Shown: positions 53,723 to 62,822 of the stretch, one piece after another
Layout: each line of letters opens with the position of its first letter
Numbering within the stretch: position 1 is the first letter of the stretch
From: Alphaproteobacteria bacterium
GTDB taxonomy: Bacteria > Pseudomonadota > Alphaproteobacteria > RF32 > CAG-239
Assembly: GCA_045578445.1 (NCBI GenBank)
Contig: JAZNKG010000011.1
Coordinates: forward strand, 46,633-110,632
Direction of reading: 5' to 3'
Length of the DNA: 64,000 nt
The notes under the pieces: model-generated
Told to the model about the DNA's origin: nothing
The model's database searches: none
The model's input: the letters and a program-made list of their open reading frames with translations, nothing else
Made by a program: the position numbers and the translations under genes

Positions 53723-55614
53723 TAGATTTTATTGAAAATTTTCATTTTTTAAGACCTTGGATGTTATTATTTCTTTTAATACCTCTTGGTTTGTTTTTTA
53801 AGAAAATTAAGGCATCTCACATTTCATCTTGGGCTGATATTTGTGATAAGCACTTGCTTAATTTTTTAGTGATTAATGAAAACAATGTAAGGAAAATTAA
53901 CTTAAAAAAATTTATATATATTGGACTTGTTGTTGCATGTATTTCTGTGGCCGGACCTTCTTGGAAAAAGATAGAAATCCCATCTTTTTCTATAGAAAAT
54001 CCTAATATATTTATACTTAGTTTAGCGCAAGATATGCAATTGACCGATGTTCCTCCAAGCAGGCTTGAAAGAGCAAAATATATGATTTCAGATATTGCAG
54101 ATAACATATCTGTGCAAGGACAATTTGGTATTATGGTGTATTCTGAAGAGCCGTATTTAATATCGCCATTTACCGATGATATTAGTCTTATAAAGTCTTT
54201 ATTATATCAAATTGTTCCAGATATCGTTCCAGATAATGGAGATAGATTAGATAGAGCTATATTATTAGCCTTAGAACGATTTAAGGCTGCTGGTTATTCT
54301 AAAGGAAACATTATTTTGTTAGCTTCTGACGTGGGACAGCGTTTTGATTTAGCCTTACAGAATACAAAAAATGCTGTTTCTTTAGGATATGATATAAATG
54401 TTATTGATACTTCTTTTGATGGAAACGAAAAATTAAAAATGTTAGCTGATACAGGTAATGGGGTATATTTAAGAATTTTTGATACGTCTACTAAAGCTTT
54501 AGTTGAAAAAATAAAACAAATTGATACTCAAAACCTTCAAAAAAACAAAAACATGCGTTCAACTTATATTGATTTTGGATACTATTTAGTTTTTATTCCT
54601 TTGTTTTGTTTGTTATTATTTTTCAGAAAAGGTCTATTAGTTTTGTTGTTTTTCTTTGTTTCTTTTGACGTTAATGCCTCTTTCTTGTTAAACAAAAATC
54701 AAGAAGGTCTTAAGTTATTTAAACAAGAACAATATGATTTAGCTAAAGATACTTTTGATGACGAGTATTGGCAGGGTATAAGTTTATACAAACTAAACAA
54801 TTATGAAGAAGCATTAAATAAATTTAATAAAATAACCTCATCAGATGGTTTTTATAATAAAGGTGTAACTTTGGTTAAGCTTTGTAAATATAAAGAAGCA
54901 TTAGAAGCTTTTAATGAAAGTTATAAAATTGATAAAAAAAATGAGGATGCAAAATATAATATAGATGTTTTGACAAAGCTTTTTGAAGATGCAAAAGAAA
55001 AGCCAGAACTTCTTAACTGTCAAAATAATCAACAACAACAGCAAAATCAAAATGATAATAACGATAAAAATAATAATGAAAAAAATCAAAATAATGATGA
55101 AAATAACGGTAATGGGAAAAATAATAACGAAAACAACCAAAATAATGACAAGAATAGCAGTAATGAAAAAAATAATTCAGAAAATAAAGACAAGAATCAG
55201 CAACAAGACAAAAATGATAAACAGAATGATAACAATGAAAACACATCAGATAATAGTGAAAACAAACAAAAAGATAGTAATAAAAATCAAGATGACCAAC
55301 AGCAAAATCAAAATGACAATAGCGAAAACAATGGCGATGATAAACAAAGTAAAACTGACGAAAATAGAGAATCTTCAAATAAAAAAGATTCAGATGCTTC
55401 AACAAAAAATAAAAACTCAGATTTAGATAAAGAAGATAAACAAAAGGCAAAATCTTTGCTAGCTAAAGAGGGTGATGAAAACGAAAAATATGACGAAGAA
55501 GCTATGGCTATGCAACGATTGTATAGAGAAATCCCTGAAGATGTTGGTGGTTTATTGCGAGAATTTATAAAAAAAGAATACATGAAAGATAGGTATAATA
55601 ATGAAAATATGTAA
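53719..55614 (+). CDS. batB: BatB-like vWA plus TPR protein with an N/Q/D/K-rich low-complexity tail
   Basis: An N-terminal TM, a vWA-like region, a second TM, TPR repeats and a ~140-aa N/Q/D/K-rich region are present. The gene overlaps the batA stop by 4 nt. Confidence 0.65.
   Translation: MIDFIENFHFLRPWMLLFLLIPLGLFFKKIKASHISSWADICDKHLLNFLVINENNVRKINLKKFIYIGLVVACISVAGPSWKKIEIPSFSIENPNIFILSLAQDMQLTDVPPSRLERAKYMISDIADNISVQGQFGIMVYSEEPYLISPFTDDISLIKSLLYQIVPDIVPDNGDRLDRAILLALERFKAAGYSKGNIILLASDVGQRFDLALQNTKNAVSLGYDINVIDTSFDGNEKLKMLADTGNGVYLRIFDTSTKALVEKIKQIDTQNLQKNKNMRSTYIDFGYYLVFIPLFCLLLFFRKGLLVLLFFFVSFDVNASFLLNKNQEGLKLFKQEQYDLAKDTFDDEYWQGISLYKLNNYEEALNKFNKITSSDGFYNKGVTLVKLCKYKEALEAFNESYKIDKKNEDAKYNIDVLTKLFEDAKEKPELLNCQNNQQQQQNQNDNNDKNNNEKNQNNDENNGNGKNNNENNQNNDKNSSNEKNNSENKDKNQQQDKNDKQNDNNENTSDNSENKQKDSNKNQDDQQQNQNDNSENNGDDKQSKTDENRESSNKKDSDASTKNKNSDLDKEDKQKAKSLLAKEGDENEKYDEEAMAMQRLYREIPEDVGGLLREFIKKEYMKDRYNNENM
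55020..55450 (+). repeat. Low-complexity AT-rich coding repeat (AAT/GAT/AAA/CAA codon runs)
   Basis: The tract encodes QNNQQQQQNQNDNNDKNNNEKNQNNDENNGNGKNNNENNQNNDK…. Both strands yield spurious long ORFs here. Confidence 0.8.
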
Positions 55615-57313
55615 ATTTATTCTAACTTTAGTTTTTGTACTATTTTCTTTTAGTGCTCACTGTGATCAGCTAAATCTTAGTGTTGATAAAGATGTTTTAA
55701 TTAGTGGAGAGCCCTTTTATTTAACTATAAGCTATGATGGAAATAGTAATAGTAATCCTAACTTAGACCCTTTAAAAAAAGATTTTCAGATAATTTCTAA
55801 TTCTGTTTCTCGTTCTGTAAATATTATTAATGGTAATATGTCTCAAACAAAACAATGGAGAATCGGTTTAATTCCACTAAAAGAAGGAAAAATCAAAATT
55901 TCTCCGTTAAAATTAGACAATCTAACATCTAATTATATCGATATTGATGTAAAAGAAACTACAGATGTTGCCTATATTGATGATAGCAAACACAATTCAA
56001 ATGCTCCTTTTTTACAAGTGAAACAAATCTCTGATACAAAAGAGCCTTATATACAGCAACAAGTAACTTTTTTAGTTACATTATACGATAGTATTGGATT
56101 AAGAATTAATAACATTACTGTAAGTAAAGAATCTTCAAATAACTGGTCTATTGTTCCTGTTTTGGAGACACCAATTGTTGATAAAGATGTTATAAATGGT
56201 AAAAAAGTAAACGTTATTCATTATGCTTTTGCAGGATTTCCTCAAAAAAGTGGAAAAATAGAAGAGCCAAGATTTATAATTGACGGCTATTATTTAAAAA
56301 ACAATGAGTTTTCTTTTCCTGTGTTTGATGATGATTTTGATGTTTTTGGATTTAATAATGTTTTTAACCAACAAGTCCCTGTAAAAATGCAGACAAAAGA
56401 AAGTTTTGTTACTGTTAAGTCAATTCCAGATGATTATAAAGGAAGATATTGGCTTCCTCTTTCAAACTTAACAATATCTTCAGAACTTAAAAACATAGAT
56501 AATATAAAACAAGGTGACGCATTTAATCAGATAATAACGATTACAGCATCAGGGTTACAAGAAACAATGTTCCCTCAAATAAAATTTAACACCATTGATG
56601 GAGTTAAAAGTTATCCAGAAAAACCTCAATTATCTACAAGAATATCAAAAGGATTGGTTGAAACAACGGCTGTATTTAATAATGTTTATATACCAAACAA
56701 AACAGGGGAAATAATTATTCCTTCTGTTGAAATAGATTGGTTTAATATAAATACACAAAAAATAGAAAAAAGTTCAACTCAACCAGAAAAGATTATGGTT
56801 GAAGTTAATCCTAATATTATTTCTCAGCCTATTAAAATCGAACCCGTTATAGAAAAAGAATCCTCAGCAGAAATAAAAGAAAATAAAAATGAAGATATTA
56901 ATACGCTTAATGTAAAAGAAAAAGCTTATAAAGATTATTTGTACTATGTTTTTTATGTTTTATTGTTTGTTTTGTTTGTGCTTATATATAACAAAGTTAG
57001 CTCTAAAAACCTACATAAAAAGCAGGTTATAAAAGCAATAAAACAACATGACTATAGAAAAGCAAGAGAAGCTCTTTTAGAATGGGCTATGTCTAAATTT
57101 AATAACAACTCTATAAAAAATATTAATGATGTTTCTAAACTGGTAAATGATGAAGAATTTTCAAGACAATTATCAAATTTGAATAAAATGATTTATTCAG
57201 AAACAGAAGATGCTTTTGATTATATAAAATTTATTGAAATTTTTAAAAATATTGATAAAATTAAGTATAGAAGAGATAAAAGTAAAAAACCTATACCTCT
57301 TTTATATGATTAA
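55601..57313 (+). CDS. batD: BatD-like protein
   Basis: The 570-aa protein has a signal peptide and a C-terminal TM (YYVFYVLLFVLFVLIY), and the gene is positioned directly after batB. Confidence 0.6.
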   Translation: MKICKFILTLVFVLFSFSAHCDQLNLSVDKDVLISGEPFYLTISYDGNSNSNPNLDPLKKDFQIISNSVSRSVNIINGNMSQTKQWRIGLIPLKEGKIKISPLKLDNLTSNYIDIDVKETTDVAYIDDSKHNSNAPFLQVKQISDTKEPYIQQQVTFLVTLYDSIGLRINNITVSKESSNNWSIVPVLETPIVDKDVINGKKVNVIHYAFAGFPQKSGKIEEPRFIIDGYYLKNNEFSFPVFDDDFDVFGFNNVFNQQVPVKMQTKESFVTVKSIPDDYKGRYWLPLSNLTISSELKNIDNIKQGDAFNQIITITASGLQETMFPQIKFNTIDGVKSYPEKPQLSTRISKGLVETTAVFNNVYIPNKTGEIIIPSVEIDWFNINTQKIEKSSTQPEKIMVEVNPNIISQPIKIEPVIEKESSAEIKENKNEDINTLNVKEKAYKDYLYYVFYVLLFVLFVLIYNKVSSKNLHKKQVIKAIKQHDYRKAREALLEWAMSKFNNNSIKNINDVSKLVNDEEFSRQLSNLNKMIYSETEDAFDYIKFIEIFKNIDKIKYRRDKSKKPIPLLYD

Positions 57314-57316
57314 GGA

Positions 57317-58141
57317 ATGGATATGCTTGTACTAAAACGTTTGCTTTGCGGTATTGTTGCTTTAATGCTCGTGATAATAGGCATTAATTTGCTTGGTAAT
57401 TTTGGCTTTTGGCGAATCTTATTTGGTATAATTTTTCTATTAGCAGGAATAACACTATCTTACATAGCTATTATGCAAGGTATACCTAAATATTCATTTT
57501 GGATTACTTTGTTAGCCTTAGCATTATCTTTTGCTTTATATAAAGCATATTTTCCATCTATCGGTGATACAGATTCTATATCTGATGAAAAAAGCATTGA
57601 ACAAAATAAAGAAGCGGTTCCTCAAAAAACCGTAAAGAAATCTAACCCTTTAAATGCTTACCCTAAAATAAGCGGTAGTGCCACTGTTTTAAGCGCTAAT
57701 GTTTTTTATGTTGGTGGAAGGTATGTTAGATTATTTGGTGTAGATGCTCCTGATATCGACCAAATTTGTTCTGACAACTTTGAAGCATCATACAATTGTG
57801 GTGAAGAAGCTGCTTCTTGGGTTAGAAATTGGATAGATAATAATGTTATAGATTGTTATTTATTAAAAATTTCTCCTAATGGGCAGGATTTAGCTACATG
57901 CGTATGGGGGGATTATGATATAGGAGCTGCATTAGTTGGTGCTGGATGGGGTTTAGCCAATAGAAATGATTCAGATATATATGTTCCTTATCAAGTAAAA
58001 GCTCAGTCAGAAAAATTTGGTTTATGGCAAGGTACTTTTTATCTACCTGAAGATTGGAGAAAAATGAAGAAGAATCAAAACAATTTCAAGTTGAAAAAGA
58101 AATTTAATAAGAAGTTGTTTAATTTTGGGTCTTGGTTTTAG
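57317..58141 (+). CDS. Membrane-anchored thermonuclease (SNase-like) domain protein
   Basis: Two N-terminal TMs are followed by an SNase-like domain (VFYVGGRYVRLFGVDAPDIDQ…). Confidence 0.6.
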   Translation: MDMLVLKRLLCGIVALMLVIIGINLLGNFGFWRILFGIIFLLAGITLSYIAIMQGIPKYSFWITLLALALSFALYKAYFPSIGDTDSISDEKSIEQNKEAVPQKTVKKSNPLNAYPKISGSATVLSANVFYVGGRYVRLFGVDAPDIDQICSDNFEASYNCGEEAASWVRNWIDNNVIDCYLLKISPNGQDLATCVWGDYDIGAALVGAGWGLANRNDSDIYVPYQVKAQSEKFGLWQGTFYLPEDWRKMKKNQNNFKLKKKFNKKLFNFGSWF

Positions 58142-58143
58142 TA

Positions 58144-58611
58144 ATGAATATATACAAAAAATCTTTTGAGTGTAAAGACGAGAATGATACAAAAAAACTA
58201 GCCTGCATCATAGCTAAAATGAGCAAAAAAGGTGATGTTTTTGCCCTGTATGGAACACTTGGAGCTGGAAAGAGTACTTTTTCTAGATATTTTATACAAT
58301 ATTTTATGGGAAATATAGATGTACCCAGCCCAACCTTTACACTTGTACAAACGTATTCTACAGTTAATTTTGAGATATATCACTATGATATGTATAGATT
58401 AAAACATTACGAAGAAGCTTATGAATTGGGTATAGATGAGGCATTTTATAATGCAGTGAACTTAATTGAATGGCCTGAAAAAATAGAAACAATTTTACCT
58501 AGAAACATTTGGAAAATAAATATTACAACAAATGGTTCTGTTAGATTATTTGAAATAGCAACAACTTCAGAAGAAAAAGCATCACGATTAAAGGAGGTTG
58601 TTTTTGAATAA
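58144..58611 (+). CDS. tsaE: tRNA threonylcarbamoyladenosine biosynthesis protein TsaE
   Basis: A P-loop (LYGTLGAGKSTFSRYF) and TsaE-typical length are present. The start is the ATG at 58144. Confidence 0.8.
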   Translation: MNIYKKSFECKDENDTKKLACIIAKMSKKGDVFALYGTLGAGKSTFSRYFIQYFMGNIDVPSPTFTLVQTYSTVNFEIYHYDMYRLKHYEEAYELGIDEAFYNAVNLIEWPEKIETILPRNIWKINITTNGSVRLFEIATTSEEKASRLKEVVFE

Positions 58612-59026
58612 TATTCACGCAACAATGGTAAGCATATTTAATAAAGGAATTCTTTTAATTGGAAAATCTGGTAGTGGTAAATCAGATTTAGCGCTAAGAA
58701 TGATTTTAGAAAAAGGCGCAAAACTTGTTGCTGATGATAGAGTTATATTAACCACTGAAAATGGTGAATTATATGGAGAATCTCCTGAAAATATTTCAGG
58801 AAAATTAGAAGTGAGAGGTATTGGTATTTCTGACTTTGAATTTATAAAAAAATCTAAAATAGACCTATGTATTGAACTATGCTCTTCTAGAGATGAGGTT
58901 GAAAGAATGCCAATTGATGAAAACATAACTTTTTTGGGAATATCTATAACAAAAATAAAGATTTATCCTTTTGATTGTTCTACACTTTGTAAAATTATTG
59001 TAAAAATTTGTAGTATTGTTTCTTAA
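58598..59026 (+). CDS. hprK: HPr kinase/phosphorylase C-terminal-domain-only homolog
   Basis: The P-loop GILLIGKSGSGKSDLALRMI and the LEVRGIGI motif are present. The protein is 142 aa long, the short form found in alphaproteobacteria. Confidence 0.75.
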   Translation: MFLNNIHATMVSIFNKGILLIGKSGSGKSDLALRMILEKGAKLVADDRVILTTENGELYGESPENISGKLEVRGIGISDFEFIKKSKIDLCIELCSSRDEVERMPIDENITFLGISITKIKIYPFDCSTLCKIIVKICSIVS

Positions 59027-59066
59027 TATTACATAGGTGTTTGTAAAATAAATATAAGAGGTAAAG

Positions 59067-59858
59067 ATGTTTTTACGTTTTAGCGAGGCTTTTTTGAGAG
59101 CTTTAGGTAAACCTTTAGTTAAATTTCTGTCTTCTTTGGGAGATTTAACGGTTTTTATGTTAAAATCTTTATATCATTGTTTTGTTCCGCCTTTTTACTT
59201 TAGGTTGATTTTTAAACAATTGCTAGACATTGGATTTTACTCTTTACCTGTAGTTGGGTTGACTACAATTTTTGCAGGTATGGTTATTGCTTTGCAGAGT
59301 TATTCTGGTTTTGCTACCGTTGGTGCAGAAAGTATGGTGGCTAGCGTTGTTTTAATTTCTGTTACTAGAGAATTAGCTCCTGTGTTATCTGCATTAATGG
59401 TTGCAGGCAGAATAGGTGCTGCAATGGCTGCAGAAATTGGCACAATGCGTGTTACTGAACAAATAGATGCTCTAACCACCCTATCAACAAATCCTTTTAA
59501 ATATTTAGTTGCTCCGAGAGTGTGGGCTGGTTTTATTGTTATGCCTATTTTGGTATTAATTGGTGATGTTATTGGTATTTTTGGCGGATATGTTGTTGGT
59601 GTATATAAACTAGGGTTTAATGCTTCAAATTATATAAATGCAACAATAAACGATTTAGAAGCTCTTGATATAACAACTGGTGTTGCAAAAGCTGCTGTGT
59701 TTGGTTTTATTATTTCTTTAATGGGATGTTATAATGGGTATAAGTCGAGAGGTGGAGCGCAAGGTGTAGGTAATGCTACAACAAACGCTGTTGTATCATC
59801 ATCTATTCTTATTCTTATATTTAACTACCTTATTACTGAAATGTTTTTTTCTAGATAA
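59067..59858 (+). CDS. mlaE: Phospholipid ABC transporter permease MlaE
   Basis: The 263-aa polytopic protein is conserved with MlaE (…[36 protein letters not shown]…). Confidence 0.85.
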   Translation: [263 protein letters not shown]

Positions 59859-59870
59859 GCGGAGAAGACA

Positions 59871-60638
59871 ATGGAAAAAGATGTAAAAATAAGTATTAGA
59901 AATCTTCATAAAAGATTTGGAAAAAAACAAGTACTAAACGGTGTTGATTTAGATTTATACAAGGGAGAATCGCTTGTTGTCATTGGTGGCTCTGGCACAG
60001 GTAAATCTGTTTTGATAAAATGTATACAAGGTTTATTAACACCTGATAGTGGCTCTATTTGTATTGATGGAGTTGAAATAGTTGGTGAACACCATAATGT
60101 TATTGATCAAATGCATAGTAAAATGGGGATGCTATTTCAAGGTGGAGCTTTATTTGATAGTTTAACTGTGTGGGAGAATGTTGCTTTTGATTTAATTCAA
60201 AATCGAGGTTTTAGTAAAAAGAAAGCTCGAATTGTGGCAATAAAAGTTCTTCGTCAAGTGGGTTTAGGTAGTGATATTGCTGATTTATATCCTTCTGAAT
60301 TATCTGGTGGTATGCAAAAACGTGTTGGCTTAGCTAGAGCTGTTATAACACGTCCTGAAATAATATTTTTTGATGAACCAACGACTGGTTTAGACCCTAT
60401 TATGGCAGACGTTATCAATGATTTAATTATCGAATCAGCAAAAGATTTAGGGGCTACTACTTTAACAATTACACATGATATGGCTTCTGCTAGAAAAATT
60501 GCTGATAAAATAGCTATGTTATATGAAGGAAAAATTATTTGGTATGGCACTGTTAAAGATTTAGATAAAACATCTAATCCTTATGTTAAACAATTTATAA
60601 ATGGCTCATCTAAAGGACCTATTAACGTGGAGAAATAA
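59871..60638 (+). CDS. mlaF: Phospholipid ABC transporter ATP-binding protein MlaF
   Basis: Walker A GGSGTGKS, signature LSGGMQKRVGLARA and Walker B IIFFDEPTTGLD are present. Confidence 0.85.
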   Translation: MEKDVKISIRNLHKRFGKKQVLNGVDLDLYKGESLVVIGGSGTGKSVLIKCIQGLLTPDSGSICIDGVEIVGEHHNVIDQMHSKMGMLFQGGALFDSLTVWENVAFDLIQNRGFSKKKARIVAIKVLRQVGLGSDIADLYPSELSGGMQKRVGLARAVITRPEIIFFDEPTTGLDPIMADVINDLIIESAKDLGATTLTITHDMASARKIADKIAMLYEGKIIWYGTVKDLDKTSNPYVKQFINGSSKGPINVEK

Positions 60639-60639
60639 C

Positions 60640-62016
60640 ATGGCTAAAAAATCAACCATTGAATATGTTTGCCAATCTTGTGGTTCTGTTTATCCTAAAT
60701 GGCAAGGAAAGTGTGATTCTTGTGGTGAATGGAATTCAATTGTTGAAGAAAAAAAACAATCCGCTGAATTTTCTAATATATCAAATAAAAAACAGGGCAC
60801 TACTATAGATTTTGTTTCATTAAACGGAGAAAGTCAGACTTATAAAAGATTGGTAACAAATCTTTCTGAAATTAATCGCGTTTCTGGTGGCGGTCTAGTT
60901 CCTGGCTCTGTTGTTTTGGTTGGCGGTGACCCTGGTATTGGTAAATCAACACTTTTACTTCAAATCTGTGCAGATATTGCTAATAAAGAAAAAGACAGTA
61001 GGTGTTTTTATATATCTGGAGAAGAAGCTATTGACCAAGTAAGAATTAGAGCTAAAAGATTGGGTTTAGCTGATTCTCCTGTTAGATTAGCTAGCACAAC
61101 TAGTGTTAAAGATATTATTGCCACCTTGGAAAAAGAAAACCCAACTTTAGTAATTATAGACTCCATTCAAACAATGTATATTGATGAGGTTGAGTCTACC
61201 CCAGGTAGTGTTGCTCAAGTGAGGGCAGCGGCTTATGAGTTGATTAAAATAGCCAAGAAAAAAGGTTTTATTCTTTTTTTAGTTGGTCATGTAACAAAAC
61301 AAGGCTCAATTGCTGGACCACGTGTTTTAGAGCATATGGTTGATACTGTTTTATATTTTGAAGGCGATAGAGGGCATCATTTTCGTATACTAAGAGCTGT
61401 AAAAAACAGATATGGTGCAACAGATGAAATTGGTGTTTTTGAAATGCAAGATAATGGGCTTGTTGAAGTAGAAAATCCATCAGCTTTATTCTTAGCTGAA
61501 CGTCAAGGTTGTGTATCTGGTTCTTGTGTATTTGCTGGAATTGAAGGTTCTAGACCTGTTTTAGTAGAGATACAAGCTTTGGTTGGAAATAGTGGTTATA
61601 GTGGAGCAAAAAGAGCTGTTGTTGGTTGGGATTCGAATCGTCTAGCAATGGTTTTAGCTGTGTTAGAGGCTAGATGTGGTATGAATTTTAGCACTCATGA
61701 TGTGTATCTAAATATTGCAGGTGGTTTAAAAATATCTGAGCCAGCTGCAGATTTAGCTGTTGCTATGGCGGTTATATCGTCTATGACAAATAAACCTTTA
61801 CCTGCTGATATGGTTGTTTTTGGAGAAATTGGATTATCTGGAGAAATAAGAGCTGTAAGTCAACCAGATTTAAGACTTAAAGAAGCAAAAAAATTGGGAT
61901 TTACCAATGCAATTATTCCAAATTCATTTAACAAAGATAAAAAACAAAAACTTATTTCTGATATGTCTTATCATGAAATTGGTAATGTACAACGTTTAAT
62001 ATCTAAATTTAGTTAG
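60640..62016 (+). CDS. radA: DNA repair protein RadA
   Basis: A Zn ribbon (CQSCGSVYPKWQGKCDSCGEWNS), RecA-like Walker A GDPGIGKST, the KNRYG motif and a Lon-like C-domain are present. Confidence 0.9.
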   Translation: MAKKSTIEYVCQSCGSVYPKWQGKCDSCGEWNSIVEEKKQSAEFSNISNKKQGTTIDFVSLNGESQTYKRLVTNLSEINRVSGGGLVPGSVVLVGGDPGIGKSTLLLQICADIANKEKDSRCFYISGEEAIDQVRIRAKRLGLADSPVRLASTTSVKDIIATLEKENPTLVIIDSIQTMYIDEVESTPGSVAQVRAAAYELIKIAKKKGFILFLVGHVTKQGSIAGPRVLEHMVDTVLYFEGDRGHHFRILRAVKNRYGATDEIGVFEMQDNGLVEVENPSALFLAERQGCVSGSCVFAGIEGSRPVLVEIQALVGNSGYSGAKRAVVGWDSNRLAMVLAVLEARCGMNFSTHDVYLNIAGGLKISEPAADLAVAMAVISSMTNKPLPADMVVFGEIGLSGEIRAVSQPDLRLKEAKKLGFTNAIIPNSFNKDKKQKLISDMSYHEIGNVQRLISKFS

Positions 62017-62026
62017 AGAGGATAAT

Positions 62027-62776
62027 ATGGAGCCTTTGAATAATATTGATGTTATTATTTTAATATGCGTAGGAATATCTATGCTTGTCGCATTTATTCG
62101 CGGTTTTGTAAAAGAGGTGTTATCTATATGTGGTCTGGCTATATTTGCTTTTTTAACTATATATTTAACTCCTATTATTATTCCTTTTGCAACAAAATAC
62201 ATTGCTAGTAAAATCTTGGCTCAATTTGTTATTTTTCTTGTAATAATGGCTATTTTTTATGCTGTTTGGATTGTATGTACAGACAAACTCATTGCAAAAA
62301 TTAGAAAGAGCACTTTGAGCTTTATGGATAGATTGTTTGGATTGGTTTTTGGTTTTATTAGAGCTGTTTTGATTTTAGGTTTTTGTTTTTTGTTAGTAAA
62401 AGCAACTCTTCCAGAAGAACTTGAAAACAAAGATAGCTCATTGAAAAAATCTCAATATTTTATGATGGCTAAAGGATGCTCTGATGTTATAGAAAAATTA
62501 TTACCAAAAGACTTTATTAAAAACTCTTTCAAATCCGTTGAAGATATAAATAAGGCTGAAAAAAAGAAAGATGAAAAATCTAAAAACGAAAAAGAAGAAA
62601 AAATAAAGGAACTACTTCCATCTTCAAAAGATCAAGAACAAATGGATAAAATGTTTGAAATGTTAGTTAAACCTCAAATTAAAGAAAAAACATTAGATAA
62701 AAAGGAAGAAACAAAAGGCTACAACAATAAAGACACAAATAGCTTAGATAGATTAATCGATGTAGCTACTGAGTAA
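62027..62776 (+). CDS. cvpA: CvpA-family membrane protein
   Basis: Four TMs and a K/E-rich C-terminal tail are present. Confidence 0.7.
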   Translation: MEPLNNIDVIILICVGISMLVAFIRGFVKEVLSICGLAIFAFLTIYLTPIIIPFATKYIASKILAQFVIFLVIMAIFYAVWIVCTDKLIAKIRKSTLSFMDRLFGLVFGFIRAVLILGFCFLLVKATLPEELENKDSSLKKSQYFMMAKGCSDVIEKLLPKDFIKNSFKSVEDINKAEKKKDEKSKNEKEEKIKELLPSSKDQEQMDKMFEMLVKPQIKEKTLDKKEETKGYNNKDTNSLDRLIDVATE

Positions 62777-62777
62777 A

Positions 62778-62814
62778 ATAATGGAGGTATTAATTTTACC
62801 TCCATTATTTTTTA
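62778..62814. terminator. Bidirectional terminator between cvpA (+) and tyrS (-)
   Basis: An AATAATGGAGGTA-ttaattt-TACCTCCATTATT hairpin is followed by TTTTT. Confidence 0.65.
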
Positions 62815-62822
62815 TGATATAT

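Noticed and set aside
54983-55450. Long ORFs lie on both strands (147 and 145 aa) inside the batB 3' region.
   Set aside because: They are artefacts of the AAT/GAT/AAA low-complexity tract. Their translations are K/I/M- or Y/F/H-only strings and they lie wholly within the batB-like reading frame.
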